Source of the DNA: Haliotis cracherodii
Lineage: Eukaryota
Reading direction: 5' to 3'
Length of the DNA: 64,000 bases
NCBI RefSeq assembly: GCF_022045235.1
Contig: NW_027266264.1
Location: forward strand, 74,090,001 to 74,154,000
Part shown: piece by piece, positions 23,089 through 38,000 of the stretch
How the letters are laid out: the number at the start of each line of letters is the position of its first letter
How positions within the stretch are numbered: position 1 is the first letter of the stretch
Position numbers and translations under genes: made by a program
The notes under the pieces: model-generated
Databases searched by the model: none
Told to the model about the DNA's origin: nothing
The model's input: only the letters and a program-made list of their open reading frames with translations

Positions 23089-26000
23089 ATGGCGTCGTCC
23101 GAAACTGGAATGACATCTGAACAGGTAAATATGACAGTTAATGTGGTGTTAGTAATATATTTTTGCAATTTTGTTGATCTATGCGATAGTCGCTAGGAAA
23201 TTACTTGAAGGCGAGTTGTATGTAAACTATGAATGATACTACATACTTGTTAAACCGCGTGTATTTTCCCGCGGACGTGACTCGTGCATGACCTGATTTC
23301 GGCCAGACCAAGAACATACGCAATAATGTTTTTATTGTCATTGGTTGTATTTATATGAACGACCTGCTACCTGCTTGCAGAAAATGCTGTTAAATATTAA
23401 TAAGACCCTTCAAAGCGAGCAATATAGCGAGTTGATGAAACTCGACATCAATAATGCACAAAAGAGGTATTCGAAATCCTGGAAGCGAATACGGATTGTA
23501 ACAGTCCACTTCGACTTTTTATTTTTGTATTATCATGATTACAAATCATTGTGTAATTTATGTCCGTTCATTCAGCAAACCGATTTCCTGTAATTTTCAT
23601 GTCTTCATGTCATAACTCGCAGACACCCGCTCACTGAAATAATTATAATCTCTGCAAGGTCTCTCTAGATGGAGTGAAATTTCCACTATGTCAGTACACC
23701 ATACAAAGATGAAATCTGTAAAGTTTGTTTAGTGGTGTGGACACAATTTTCAGTCATACTGAAACATTTCATGTATGACCATTAAATAACATGTTTTGTC
23801 ACCAAATTCATATAATTCATCTGAGTGGCATTGAGTGGAGCTCAACAAATATCTTTTCTTTTGTGTGTTAATCATGTTAACTGGAGTTTGACCTTTGACA
23901 TTTGACCATGCTTCATTTGAAATTCTTTATAAATGCAGTCTGTAAGAATAAATGTCTTTATGATATATAATAAGGCAAAGGCAAAGGGGGCACGGGTGGC
24001 CTACTTGTCTAAGGTGCTGCGATTCGCTGTGCAGAGTTGCGTCCCTTGGCTACGCCAGAAACCTATGATTGTGGGTTCCAATCCCGGTTCACCCCGATTA
24101 TGTTTCTAGGTTTGTCATCACCATACCTGTGCTCGTGGGTTTCAAAAAAGTGGTAACCTGCATCACTTCGGGCTTTCCTCCCATATTAAGCTGACACGCC
24201 GTGATATAACTGGAATACTGTTAAAAGCGGCGTTAAACATGTTAAACCCAACTCACTCACTCACTCACTCACTATTAAGGCAAAGCTACTGATGTTGAAA
24301 TGTTGATGTCCTTGGTATGGGGTAAAAACATATTTTCTTTTAAGAAAAAAAGACCTACCACTTATCAGATATTGCATCAATAAGCAGGTTCTGTACACAG
24401 TTTGATATGCAGGATATGATCTTTTGATCTCATGTAGGTCCCTTTAGATATGTTATGTTTATAGCCTACACATGGGCACCATTGCTTAGGGGGCTCAGAT
24501 GTCCCAGTCATCTAAGGCTGCAACATGCTGAGCAGAGTTGTGTCCCTTGGGCACACCAGAAACCTATGATTATGGATTCGAATCCTGGTCCCCCAAGATT
24601 ATGTTTCTTGGTTTGTCAGGATCATGACCATGCTCGTGAGTTTCACCAAAGTGGTAAACATCTGAGTCCTGCATCACTTTTGGCTTTCCTCCATCTTTAG
24701 CCCATTTTAGGCTGACAAGCTAGAATATTGTTCAAACCCAACTCACTCACCAATATTTATTGGTGTTCCATGTGTAATTCAATAATCATAATGCATATCG
24801 ATGAAATGATATCCTAAATATATTAAACAATATAACAGATATTGTAACTGAATGATAGCAGGGAATAACCAGATGTAATATTACCTACGTATTATGTTTT
24901 TTTCAAGACACACAAAGGCAGGCCTTGATGTATATCCGGTCTATATATATACTTTATCATGATTTTGATCTTGCTAGCCTGATTAGTACCAGATACACCA
25001 CATAGGCAGATTTATTTTATCAATTATTGATTAATACAAATGTTATAAATATTGTAATTCTTGGGATACTGATAAGTTCATTTCATCCTTCAAAATTGTC
25101 AATCAAATATTTAATGGTTCTTAAAAGTGAGTCAGTATTTGGTTGTATGTGATTAAACATTTTCACCACCCTCCGATAATAAGCATGATAAGTTGCGATT
25201 TTCAGTGGTGATATGTGGAAAATGACAATGTCCATACAACCACTGGGCTTTGTAAAACAGAATTTGATGTAACTACCATTCAGAATTATTAACTAATGGC
25301 AAATCACTGAAAGAAATGAAATAATTGTTTTTAGCAAAATATTAGGTCATTTATAATGAAAATCACATATTGTTCAGAGAACATATTCTATATAAAAACA
25401 CTATTGTATCCAATGATTGGGTATTGTCTTTATACAAAATAATTTGCACATCTTCATCTCCTAAATGTTATATCACTGAAAGAAGGTGAGCTTCTGCAGC
25501 GTGGTACTGCTGTTGTTTGTGCACTAGAAATAAGTTTTGTTGTTTGCAGGAGATGACAGACACAGCGGAAGAGGGGGAGACAGCCATGGACACCAGTGAA
25601 ACCCACTCTCCTTTCCATCACTCTGAGGACTCCAACTCCACAAACAACGAGACGGAAGAGACTGAGAGTGCTGTATCGACAGATCGGGAGAACTCCTTGA
25701 CTCTGCCCCACACCCCTACAGCAGGCCTTACATCATTGCACTCCACCCCAGTCAAGAAGGACGGGACACCAGGTACAGGCTCGGGCTTCCCTCTACGCCC
25801 TGGGATTGCCTGGAGGAAGGGGGAGAGGGTCGAGGCAATGGATTTCCTAAATAACTGGTAAGCTGATACTTCCGTATACTGCATGTGTCTCGTTAATCCA
25901 ACACTCATTATTCCGACAATCAGCTTTATCCGACACCTATGATGGGAACCAATGAAATCAGTTCTATTTAGATCGTTTATTCTGACAATCTCGCACTTCA

Positions 26001-29000
26001 ACTTGGGCACACCTAATTTGCAACGAATTACTGAAATCACTCTTGCAGTCTCGTCAATCCATCACAGTGATCAGCATACTCCGTGGCCATCTGCTGGGAG
26101 TACACAACAGGTATTTTGATGCGAGACGAGTCGCCTAGTAGCTACCTATTACAACAGGTGCAGAGATAAACTAGCTTAACAAAAAACAGTTAATGCTTTA
26201 AATAAACAAAACAGGATTAATCACATGCTTAGATTACCTCATTCTTATCAAAATCAGATACAAGTTCTTGCACCTGCTGAGGACATCCCATTACAGGTCA
26301 CGTCAGGACAACCTTTCCATGTGGATTCCGTGTTAACAGAAGTGTCCCATAGAAACCAGGGCTGGGACGATACACCAACTGTGTAATCTGATACATATCC
26401 CGATATCTTACTCACGATACTATACGTATGGCGATACTTGCATGTGCTCTTATCTGTGGTGCGTAAGGCAGTATTAAGTATGGTGCAATTGGTGAACATA
26501 TTTACATTTTCACTGCTACTTTCACTACTAATAAGTGTTTGGTGTACAGTTTTTAGTTAAGAATCAATATTTTTTACTTAGTGAGCGACTGTGATCGATA
26601 CTTGTATAAAGAAGTAAAAAGTCGTGATCCATCGATGCATCGGTGTATCGTCCAACTACTACTAGAAATCTATGCTTTTCATACAACGTGAGTTAATGGA
26701 CTGTGTTGTCAGACTCAGTGGCTTTGTTGATCGTGTGTCATTGTACCCCGGCATGGAAGGTTGTTCATGATATCAACCACAGGTCCTGTTCCGGACTTGA
26801 TTATCTACTGGCCATTGTTAATTTCTTTGAATATTGCTCAGTTTTGGAATAAACAACAAAGAAAGAAAGATTGCTGCAGAGGAGCCCCAGTGTTGCAGAT
26901 CCACTCTATCCTGTTGAGGGACGATCGGGTAGCCTAGTGGTTAAAGCGTTCGCTCGTCACGCCGAAGACCCAGGTTCGATTCCCCACATAGGTACAATGT
27001 GTAAAGCCCATTTCTGGTGTCCCCCGCCGTGATATTGCTGGAATATTGCTAAAAGCGGCGTAAAACCATACTCACTCACTTACTATCCTGTTGATGTTGG
27101 TTGACAGGTACCCAGCTAAGATCATGGACATTGATGAAGATGACAAGACTGTGCTGATCCACTTCGAGGGCTGGAACCAGAGGTATGATGAGTGGACTGT
27201 CATGACGAGCGAAGGAATCCGACCTCTCACGCGACACTCGGAACGGAAAGAACGAGGCAGGAAGAAGGTGAGAGAAGTAAGTACAACTGTCAACAGACAT
27301 CTTCAAAGAAATGGTGACTCAAACACTCAGTTTAATGACCAGGGTGCCGTTGTACAAAGCGATCTTAGCGCTAAGGTGATGGTATCTCCCATACCTTTAC
27401 ATAGACTTATGACAGTCGTAGAGCTTAGGTTGTTTTGTAGAACAGCATCCTGAACAAGAGTTCTCAGTGTTTGAGATAGCCATACATCTTAATAGTAGAA
27501 ATTACTAGAACTTCAGTATGATCTGTGTTCATAAATGAGATTGGAAATCTACCAATCTCATTAAAGTCAGATCTTAATTCTCGCTATCGCTAAACAAAGA
27601 TCTGAGGACATCCCATTACGGGTCACGTCAGACCAACCTTTCGCGAACTTTGACCGACCAATGGAATGACCAATCAGAAGGCAGCTTTCTCGTGCTTTAT
27701 AGCACTAATTTCAAATTGGCGACTACACTTCGAAACATATTGTGACAAATTCTCGATTAAAAATTTGAAACCTGAACAAACGAACATTCTGGAATAGCTA
27801 ACAGATGGTTTAGATTGTATGGATTCAGTCGTTAAACCTGTAGCTATCATTCGGAATACCCCATGTTAATGTTTTCGAGGATGCATGATTAGAAAACACA
27901 TTCCGTCTGTCACTTTCATGATCTGGTAAGCGAGGCTCTGATTGGTCGGATGAAAGGTCGTTCTGACGTGACCCGTAATGGGATGTCCTCAGATCTTTGT
28001 TTAGCGATAGCGAGAACTTGGATATGATTTTAATGAGATTGGGAAATCTACTGATAAAAACCTCAAGTGCCCTAGGATCCCCCTAATTTCTAACACTGTG
28101 CTTAATCATTAGGACTAGTGATTTACATAAGTAAAATGTCCAATCATGATGACATGGTTGGCATCTAATACTATTGTTTGTTGAGTGTTAGTGCCATGCT
28201 ATTCTTTGCTTTTCCCTTTCGATTATTATGTTTTAATGGCCTTAAGTACTATTATCACACAAAGAATTTCTTCTTCATACATTTAATACATCTTCTTCTA
28301 TTGAATTAGTTCCGAGTAGGAGAAAAGATCCTGGCCAAATGGAGTGACTGCAAGATGTACCCGGCAAAGATCAGCAACATCAATCGTAATGGTCAGTATG
28401 TTTTAGGTTTATTTGTAAAGAGGGGTCAAGTAAGTCAGTGCTCTTTGCATTGAAATTTATTGTGAGTTGTGTCCCTTGGCTAGGATCATATAATATTGCT
28501 GATCATATATTTGATTCCCGGATTCTTCCAGGTTATGAGCTCCATACCGGTGCTTTGTGGGTTGTACCATAAGAGTAAACATCTTTGAGCTACAACCCTC
28601 TAGAATTGGTCCCCAACCTCGTAAGAGGCTACTAAATGGGTCACTCGTTTTTCAGGCTTGTTGCTCACATTGTCGATCACTGGATTGTCAGTTCCAGACT
28701 AGATTATTTACAGGCTGTTGAGTGTGGGTTAAACAACAAGCAAACAAACAGTCCAACAGTAATCTCTTGTCATCATATGTAGTCGTAAGAGAAATATGTT
28801 TATTGTTTGAGGAGGGCACTAACAGGTCGTAGATATTTATGTCTTTGAGGGACAGGCTATGCCTGGTCTGAAAAGAGCCTATATTTTGGCACTTTTAGTG
28901 ACAACAGTGATTGACATTTATATATCTTATCACTCTTTTGTGTTAATTGGTTTGATGAATACGTACCCTTGATATATCCATTGTAAAGAGATAGGACATG

Positions 29001-32000
29001 TTGTAAGAGCTGCCAGTATCATCGAATGATCACAGTTGTTTAAATGTTTTTTTTTTCAGGCAACATGGAAGTGGTTTTCTATGATGGTTTTCAAAAGACA
29101 GTTCAGCCAATAAACGTGAAGCCGTTCTCCGATAAACATCAGGTAACTACCCAATTGGGCTCTTGATACTATGAGAAAGAATAAACTTTCCTTCTCTACT
29201 GCAGAAGAGTTTTCACCTGTAACAAGACTTTAATTACTAGTATTGGTATTCAAGGTCAGATTGTGTGTCATGTACTCCATGCTTGTCTCTCTACCAGTTG
29301 TGATTCCCGGGCAGAATTGGTCCTCCCCTGTGGATCCTGCTTGTCTCCCCTTGGGATTCCAGGACAGAGGAGCTCTCTGGCACCCTGTAATTGTCTCTCC
29401 ATCGGTTGATTGTGTGTGATCATACCCTGACAGCATTGATCACTGCCCACAATATCAATCACTGGATCATCTGGTTGAGACTTGATTATTTACAGGCTGC
29501 CATCACATAGCTGGATATTACAGCGATAAAAACACACACACACAGACTCAAACTTGTCTCCCAGTGGTGATTATTGAGTTTTGTTGACCACTGATTCCTC
29601 ATGAAACGGACCCATGCTACCCATGTGGATGGATAAGACCTTCTCTACCCTCTAGGTCTGCTCATCATACTTATGAATTCTGGTGTTTATTGTCTTAGAA
29701 TTCCATTGTAAAAAGCATCAAGTGGCCACAAGCAGAAGAGTGCTGTATTTTTAAGTATTAAGATTGTTTTTGTTGATCACAGAAACAGATGCATGTTGAT
29801 ATTAACTTTTATCATACCTCCATGTCAGAAAGATGAAATCTGATTGGTCAACGTGATCTTGATAAAATACCATGTTTCCTGCCTTGGAGGAAAATATATT
29901 TCTCAGCAGGTGGATAAATCCCTTATACCCCACCATGAGCAAGTCAGGGTGTACATGGATTTCTGAGAGGCGGAATAAATCCCTTTTACCCTGCATTGAT
30001 GGACAAAGCTGCACACTTTTTCCGAATCTATGGAAGTCACGTGACATAGCGCAAGCTAACCTCAGCTCAGTGTGAACAGCTGTTTTCTGTCAATTTTTAA
30101 TTTCTTTGAATTATTTTACAATATCATATTAAAACTTATGGGTAAGACAAATTTGTTGTAGCAGGCTCACTCGGGGTACTCCTCGTTAGGTTTTATACCA
30201 TATATAGAAACCTAACTCGGGACGCATAAAACCCCATGTACCCCTCGTGATCCTGCTACAACTTATAGTATAGGCTGAGTCATCATATCTTCATCTGGAG
30301 TTCACAATGAACCAATATGATTTCAAGAGATATTGGTACTGAAAGGTGATAGGCAGTTACACAATGTAACTATAGGTCAGCAGATGTCTTGTATAACAGT
30401 CAGATAATGAGATACTGTCCTTGACATGATGAGAAGCACCCGTTGTCCTAGTTCTGTGTTAAAGAGGCCATGCACCACTGTCTGGAGCTGCTTCCCAGTG
30501 AAGTCCTCGTAAGTAGCAGCCGGTGTATAATAGATGGGGCCTAAAATTCTGTGTAGGTGGTGGAAAATAAATATATTTTCAACTTCGAGGTCAGCGTTAG
30601 AAATTGGCACTAGTCCTATTGTTCTTGCAAAACTGCCCAATAGTTAAGGTATCATAAGTACTATTAGAAATTTGCCCTTTTTAAGTGTTTTGCTATATGT
30701 TATCGTAAGGACCAGTGGACTAAAACTGTTAGCTTCTATTGCTGTGGGCTTCTATTGCTGCGGGTTAGCACTGCAACATATGAATGAAAAACAAACAAGT
30801 TTCAAATTAGCAGCATGCCAACAGATAATAGATTGTTGTTTGTAGTAAAATAAAGATTTTGGTTTGTATTAGTCACCATTAATCTTGTGTGTCTTTTTCA
30901 TTTCACCTCATAGTCAGCAAAAACAAGTTGTCAAAAGTCATTTTATTTATAGTTGATACATATAAAATGCAACTTGACTTATTGTAAAGATGATAATTTC
31001 AATCATCTATTGGACAGACAAGATTCTCAACTGCCACTGTTTTAGTGACAATGCATGCGGATTAAAACAAACTGTCATAAAACATACCATGCCATATATC
31101 TTTTCCTTTTTTAAACCTGTATCATTTTAAGGCCTTAACGTTACACAGAAGGTCTTTATAAGTCCATGAATTGTTAACTCTGCTATGTCTGCTGGTAAAT
31201 AAATATATTACAGTGAATGTTTCTGAAATGCATTATGAGATCATATAGCAAATGTTTTGTCTTTAGCATGATTTACATTGAAACACTGATGTTGACTAGA
31301 ATATTTGTATAGTGTGTTTAGATGTACAAGGGAGACATTTTGACAATGAAATAAAGTAAGAATGTCATAGTCAATCTTTCTTTAAGCACATTTGGATCAT
31401 GCTTTTGGCCCAAGAGGTATGAACATTGCCTGGAAAAGTGGTGTCCCATGTTTTGTATTAACCTTGTATAAACCATGTTATCACACAAATGTTAAATTCT
31501 GGAAAATATGAAAAAGCCAGGTATACTCATAATACTTACTTTACTTAGTTATTTCGATGTCGCAGTGTGTATGTGACATGGTAATGTTTGTGCCTCATGG
31601 AAGTGTTTGTGCCTCATGGTAGTGTTTGTGCCTCATGGGTGGGGGTTGGTATGTTGCATAAAATGGCAGGGGCTGTCACCAAAATATGAAGTCCAAAGAT
31701 CAATTTCTGATTTTGTTAGTTTGAAAATTCTTGTTACATATTTGGTTACACATGTACAGTGTGGTACTATTAGATCTTCAACAAAGTTCTCCCTTTTCAG
31801 GGTAGAGTATGACAGAGTCATGTTTACAAGTGCTTGTAGTAAGTGTATGATTTCTTGCAGGGCAAAGTAGCCACATTACCTAAGGAGGTGCGGAGAGGGC
31901 GTCGCTCCAGTGAAGGTAGGTTGTTGTCACATGTTTCAGTACTGGTGTCATTTTGTTTTTCAACGGTAGATTTTTCCTATATAAAACATTGCAGTTTTGC

Positions 32001-35000
32001 AGGTCAGTGTTCAAAATAAAGCATGCAGTTCCAGGGGCCCTTGTCACAGGCTTTATGATTACATTAGATTAAGGAATGTGAGGGTCCTGAGATTAAGATC
32101 CTCAAGGATCCCAAGCACTCCCCTCATGTACATCGAAGTTGCTGGGTGTGTGGGATGTGTTGGCTTTGAAATTCACTTACTTATCAGCTCACTCCAGAAC
32201 AGAGTACTGCTTTTGTATTCTACATTTGAAAGTAACAAGAAAATAGTGTATTCCAAACACAGTCTGCTTTACCGTCCACACTTACAAACAGAATTGATTT
32301 CACTTCGCTTTCTACTACATCCAAGTTGTTTCACTAGATGACCATGAAGTCATATGAGCATTGACATTGGTATCTCAATTCTATCATTATAAGTTTTAAA
32401 TATGAATTAACATGTATTATTACAAAAAAAAATTATTTAACATCTATTTCCATAAAAATGTACATGTATGGCTTGAAGTTTATGAAGAAACACTAACCAA
32501 AATGGCTTCAAATAGTTTACGAATCAACCATAGCTAAACATTAAATTTTATCAGGGTACCAGTTTTTCTCTCCAAGTTGGATGCTGATTACATGATTAAT
32601 GACTTAAATCTTAGGAAGAGTGATCAATCAACATGCTATCTGAAATGGAATTCAGACACTGAATATGAAAATATCTACGAAAATGTTTGCATCATTTCTG
32701 TTCAACTTGAATGTGAATTGTATTCCTAAAAATAATTTTAAGGTTGCACTTTTCTGTGATAAATGGTCTCTGTAGAAGTTGAAATATGTAGCTCCTAATG
32801 TAGTTCTACAATTTGTATACTGTGTCAAATATAGCTTATTTACATACATCTCCTTTAGGAACTAAGTATTTTACAACTGCTTCAATAAGTTGAAAACTCT
32901 TAGTGGTCTGTCAAGAGCAACAGTACATGAGAGTTACTCCCCTTTACCCTTCTGACAGTGGTGTTGATACACATTAGCTACCTGTCACAGGTTACAGCAC
33001 AGAGAGATGGGAAAAAGTTGCACCTTCAGTTAAACTGTGGGAGAGCTTTATGAGAGATTTTAATGTTAACTTGTAGGAGCAAAATGTCTTGTAATGATAT
33101 TTTTTTTCTCAGATTTAATCAATAACAATATTGACAAGTACAAGAAATAGGTCATTGAGAATAATGATAATTGATTTTTTCTTTTTTTGGTCAACATACA
33201 GCAATAGGTAGTTAGTATATGTCTGTATGTTCATGGCTCATACTACTGACTGAGGTTTGAGCCAGTTTTCTGCAGCAGAATGCTTGCTAGTTAAACATTC
33301 ATTTTATACATTGTATGAATGTAGAGATGTCATGAACAAGCAGGACCAGTTTTCAGACTGTTGTAAAAGATCTACATTAGGTTGTCTGTAGTACAGCCTT
33401 TCTTATAGGAGATTCTGTTTCTGTAGTTAGACAAAAATATTTGTACTTTTTGTAAGTTTGACTGGGCTGACAAAACATGTTTATGAAAATGGCCGGTCTT
33501 ACAATTGACCTTCATCTTGATGTTGTTCTTGTCTTGAGTGTGTTGTTACCTCTTATGATACTGTGAGTTTTATGAGGGTCAAAGTGTTGATTTGAAGTTT
33601 ACAATTGTGAACATACTTACATTTTCTTGACAAAGCAGTTTCATGTTTGATCAGTTTCAACTTTCACTTTCATATCTTTATTCAAGATACATATTTTGTC
33701 TAGTTTACTTAGACTACTTTTTGTCATTGCAACTAAAGAAAACTCATTGCATGCTGACTGTTGCAACAGGTCGCAAGCAAAGTGCAGAGAGGGTGCGATC
33801 AACTAGTCAAGATAGCAAGGAAAAAGGTATGAATTATGTGCGAAGGCAGTTTTCAAGAAGTAGCCTGGATAAGAAAGTAATTTGAAAAAGTCACTGTTAG
33901 CTGGTTATCAGTGCATCAGACCATTGAGAAAAATCAAGAGTTGAAATTCATTTGTTTCACATGTAGATTTCAAGACATCCATTATCACATAGATTTCAGA
34001 AATGATAAATTCTGTATCACAAATAAAACATATGTCTAGATTGACAAGTTGTGTCATTAGAGAGCAAGGCAAAGTTCCTTGGCAGCTGTTTATTTCACAA
34101 AACAATGACATTTGTCTGTCACTAAGTATTTCTTCACTAAATATTTGTCTTTGTGGACTTTCCTAATAAGTAATTTGACCCCATGGTCCCAAGCACTCTT
34201 TCTCATGTTGTAAGAAGTGACTACAGGAATAATTCGACCCGTGAAGATCCGGGGTAGAATACCGGTAGGTCTTCAGCAACCCATGCTTGCCGTAAAAGGC
34301 GACTATGCTTGTCGTAATAGGCGACTAACAGGATCAGGTGGTCAGGCTGGCTGACTTGATTTATACATGTCATCGGTCCCAATTGCGTGGATCGATGCTC
34401 ATGATATTAATCACTGGATTGTCTGGTCCAGACTCGATTATTTACAGACTGCCGTCATATAGCTGGAATATTGCTGAGTGCGGCGTTAAACAACAAACCA
34501 AACCAAACCAAAAAAACATGAATAATTCTGATCAGATGGTTAGGCTCACTGACTTGGTTGACAACATGTCTTCATAGCCCAGTGGTCTGGGATGTTGCTC
34601 ATACTGTCAACAAATGGTTTGTCTGGCCTCCAGACCTGATTGTTTACAGAGCTACTTGATATCGCTTGAATAATGCTCATTACAACTTGAAAAAAAACTT
34701 CACTCGTTCACTCACTTGTTGACATGACAGCTTTATCCATCATCGGTATCCCAGCGGTAGAAACTAACAGTTTCAGTCCACTAGTCCTTATAATGATAAC
34801 ATATAGCAAAACCTTTAAAAATGGCAAACTCTACTAGTCCTTTGGATACCTTTACTATTGGGCAGTTTGGCAAGGACTACAGGACTAGTGCCAATTCCTA
34901 ACCCTGTATCCCCATGCTGATATTGTGGCACTGTTCGTGTCTTGTGTTTTTAACTAGGGCGATTAGGTACCATTTGATCTTATCACTGTGGGGATTCCTG

Positions 35001-38000
35001 GGCAGTGTAGGACCCCAGTATCCCATGTTTGTCAAGGTGTGGAGTTTCCAGGACATAGTAGGTCCCCAGTACGCCATGCTTGTCAAGGTGTGGAGTTTCC
35101 AGGACAGATTAGGTCCCCAGTACCCCATGCTTGTCAAGGTGTGGAGTTTCCAGGACAGAGTAGGTCCCCAGTACCCCATGCTTGTCTAAGAGCCCCCTGG
35201 AATGAAGGTCACATGGCCACAAAGCTGTTACTTACATGTTGCTGCAGGGTGATGTTGCTTTGCTGACTTGAGCCTAATACATCTTTTAAAATCTGCATGA
35301 TAGGTGAGAAGGGTGGACTTGCTGAAAGACGCCGGAAGCACAAGTTGATTGTCGCCGGATCCTTCTTGGCAAAGAGGGAGAGGTCAGCCAGTGCACCAGG
35401 ACTGGTTACTAAACCAAGGCAACAGAAGACTGAAGTCAAAGTGAACAGAGTATGGCAACAATTTGACTTACATATAGTACCTGCTTGAGGGGCATGGTAT
35501 GATAAAGCCCTTTCTGGCTCATGGCATCTGCACAATTTATGAAATGAGAAAAACATTTAGGTAATGTTACGAAAGTTATCAGATTTGTTCTTATAACTGA
35601 GAATTGGACTTGTTCATTTTAACACTTGCATAGAGTAGGTAGGACTCGAATCCATCAAAGAATGATTTTATAGATTTTTTTAGAACCACTGTTTTGCCTG
35701 GCCAAGACATTGATACTTTCCAGGCCAACGTAACTTGGCTGGAATATTGCTGATGTTTTGTTGATGGTTTCTGTGTCTGTTATGTAAAACATAGCTGGGG
35801 CGTCTTTTGTACAACTACCGATATCATTTTCCCTATTCATGAACATGCATGATGTGTATGCAGTGTTTGTTTATATGTTATTTATTTGTAGATTTATTCA
35901 TTAATTGCCAGCTTTTTTACCAAGACATTTGTTTTCTTTTACGAATGTTCAGAGGAAAGGTTTTGGTATGAAAACCAGCCCTAGGAAGGGGTTCAATGTG
36001 AAGACAAGTCCGGTTCCCACTAAGTCGTACACGCCACGTGTGAGTCCCTTGCAGGCCAAAAGAGACACGTCTGCTGCAGGAGAAACTCCTGAAGTAAAAA
36101 GTGAGGAGATTATTTGTCACATTTTTAAAATCCCACATTTGAACAAAACTGCTTTTTTTCTCCAAATTTGCCTGCTAATGGTGCATTTCTTGAAGAAATG
36201 GAGGTTATATATTCATCCTGCATGGTGATATGAAGAGAACAAAAGTTGATATTGCTGGAACTCATGTAAAATAACAAGCTGGCATCAGGGAGTGTTAACA
36301 AGCTGATTCTTTACAGCTGAAAAGCGGGGCAAGAAGCGGGCGCTTTCTCTGCCGGCCGAGGAGGCCAGCCTCAGTTTGACTCACACTCGAGATCATCCCC
36401 ACACACCCTCATCAGCCCCAGCAGTACCAGCCAAGAGGGCCAAGTCTACCGAGAAAGATAAATGTGAGTGTACACACTTCCACAGCTGGCATATACCTCT
36501 GTAAAAGACAGAAGCTTTCTAAATCCAGAATCGACCAAATAAAATTATTACACAGTAACATTTTGTAAACTCAAGTTGCTGTGGATGTAATATTTCAAGT
36601 TATTTCTAATGCAGTTTGGATATCTGAAAGGAATTGAGAATAATAAGGTGATGAGGTGCATGTTTATTATTGCAGCTGGAGGCCTCGCCCCCAAGGAGTT
36701 TGTGATACAGCCAGATCACAACCTGTTCAAGTGTATGATCCCTGGCTGTGCCAAGAGCTTCCGCAAGGAGAGCCTGCTGGACTACCACTTCAAGTACTAC
36801 CACACGGAGGAGCCCCGCACTCCGCAACCACCAGCATCCAGGACCAAGAGGCGCAAGACCTCGAGCATATGTGAGCGTGACCATGATGAAGATGAAGATG
36901 ATTTTGATGATTTGAAATTGTCATGTCATCTAATATCATCAGTGGCGCTGGGGTAGCCTAGTGGTTAAAGAGTTGGTTCATCACGCCGAAGAAACGGGTT
37001 TGATTCCCCACATTGGTACAATTTGTGAAGCCCATTTTCAGGTCTCCCCCGCCGTGATGTTGCTGGAATATTGCTAATAGCGGCATAAAACCATTGACTT
37101 GGATGATGCATGTCATCATATCCCAATTGTGTGGATTGATGCTCATGATGTCATTCACTGGATTGTCTGGTCCAAACTTGATTGTTTACAGACCACAGTC
37201 ATTTCTGAGTACAGAATTAAACAACAAACAAACAAAATAAGTTTCAGCATGCAATTGTTTGTCAGAGGTACAAATTTGTGATAGTACTGGACTATTTACG
37301 GGGTTTTTTAATATTGAGACCAGGTACAGTTTTCTAAGGAGAACAGAAGGAAACATTTTTTTGATGCAGTAGAAAAACTCCTTAAGATATCGTATGAACA
37401 CATGGACAGCTTAAACTGACTTGTCACCCAGGGGCTCTTGGACCTGGTGATATTACAGTGCTTAAACATGCTAAACAAGTGGGAAATTGAATGTTGAATT
37501 GTTTCCATCCATATTGGCAGGTTCCACTGACAGTGACATATCAGTGTCCTCTAAGGGGAAGACAACTCCGGGTGAAACTAAACGCAAACGCCACATCTCG
37601 TCTGCCAGTGATGTTCTCAAAGAAGAACCTGTAGCGGAAATCAAGAAAGAGGAAGTCATTGAAGGTGAGAAAGTATTGAACTTGTTCGGAAGGGGGTGGG
37701 ATAGCATTTTCTTCTTGATACAACATCAGACCTGGAGGGATTCCTGGGCTGGCCAGCTCCCTAGTGTCCCATGTAAGGACTTGGCTGACCATTGTCCCCT
37801 ATGGCATGGACCAGCTCCCTACTGTCCTATGTAAGGACTTGGCTGGCCATTGTACCCTATGGTATGGACCAGCTCCCTTGTGTCCTATGAAAGGACTTGG
37901 CTGACCATTGTACCCTATGGTATGGACCAGCTCCCTACTGTCCCATGTAAGGACTTGGCTGACCATTGTACCCTATGGCATGGACCAGCTCCCTTCTGTC

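Noticed and set aside
26918-26990. tRNA-Asp-like gene (GTC anticodon loop, A/B boxes)
   Set aside because: It is the head of a multi-copy SINE with body, tail and TSD, and has no proper acceptor stem.
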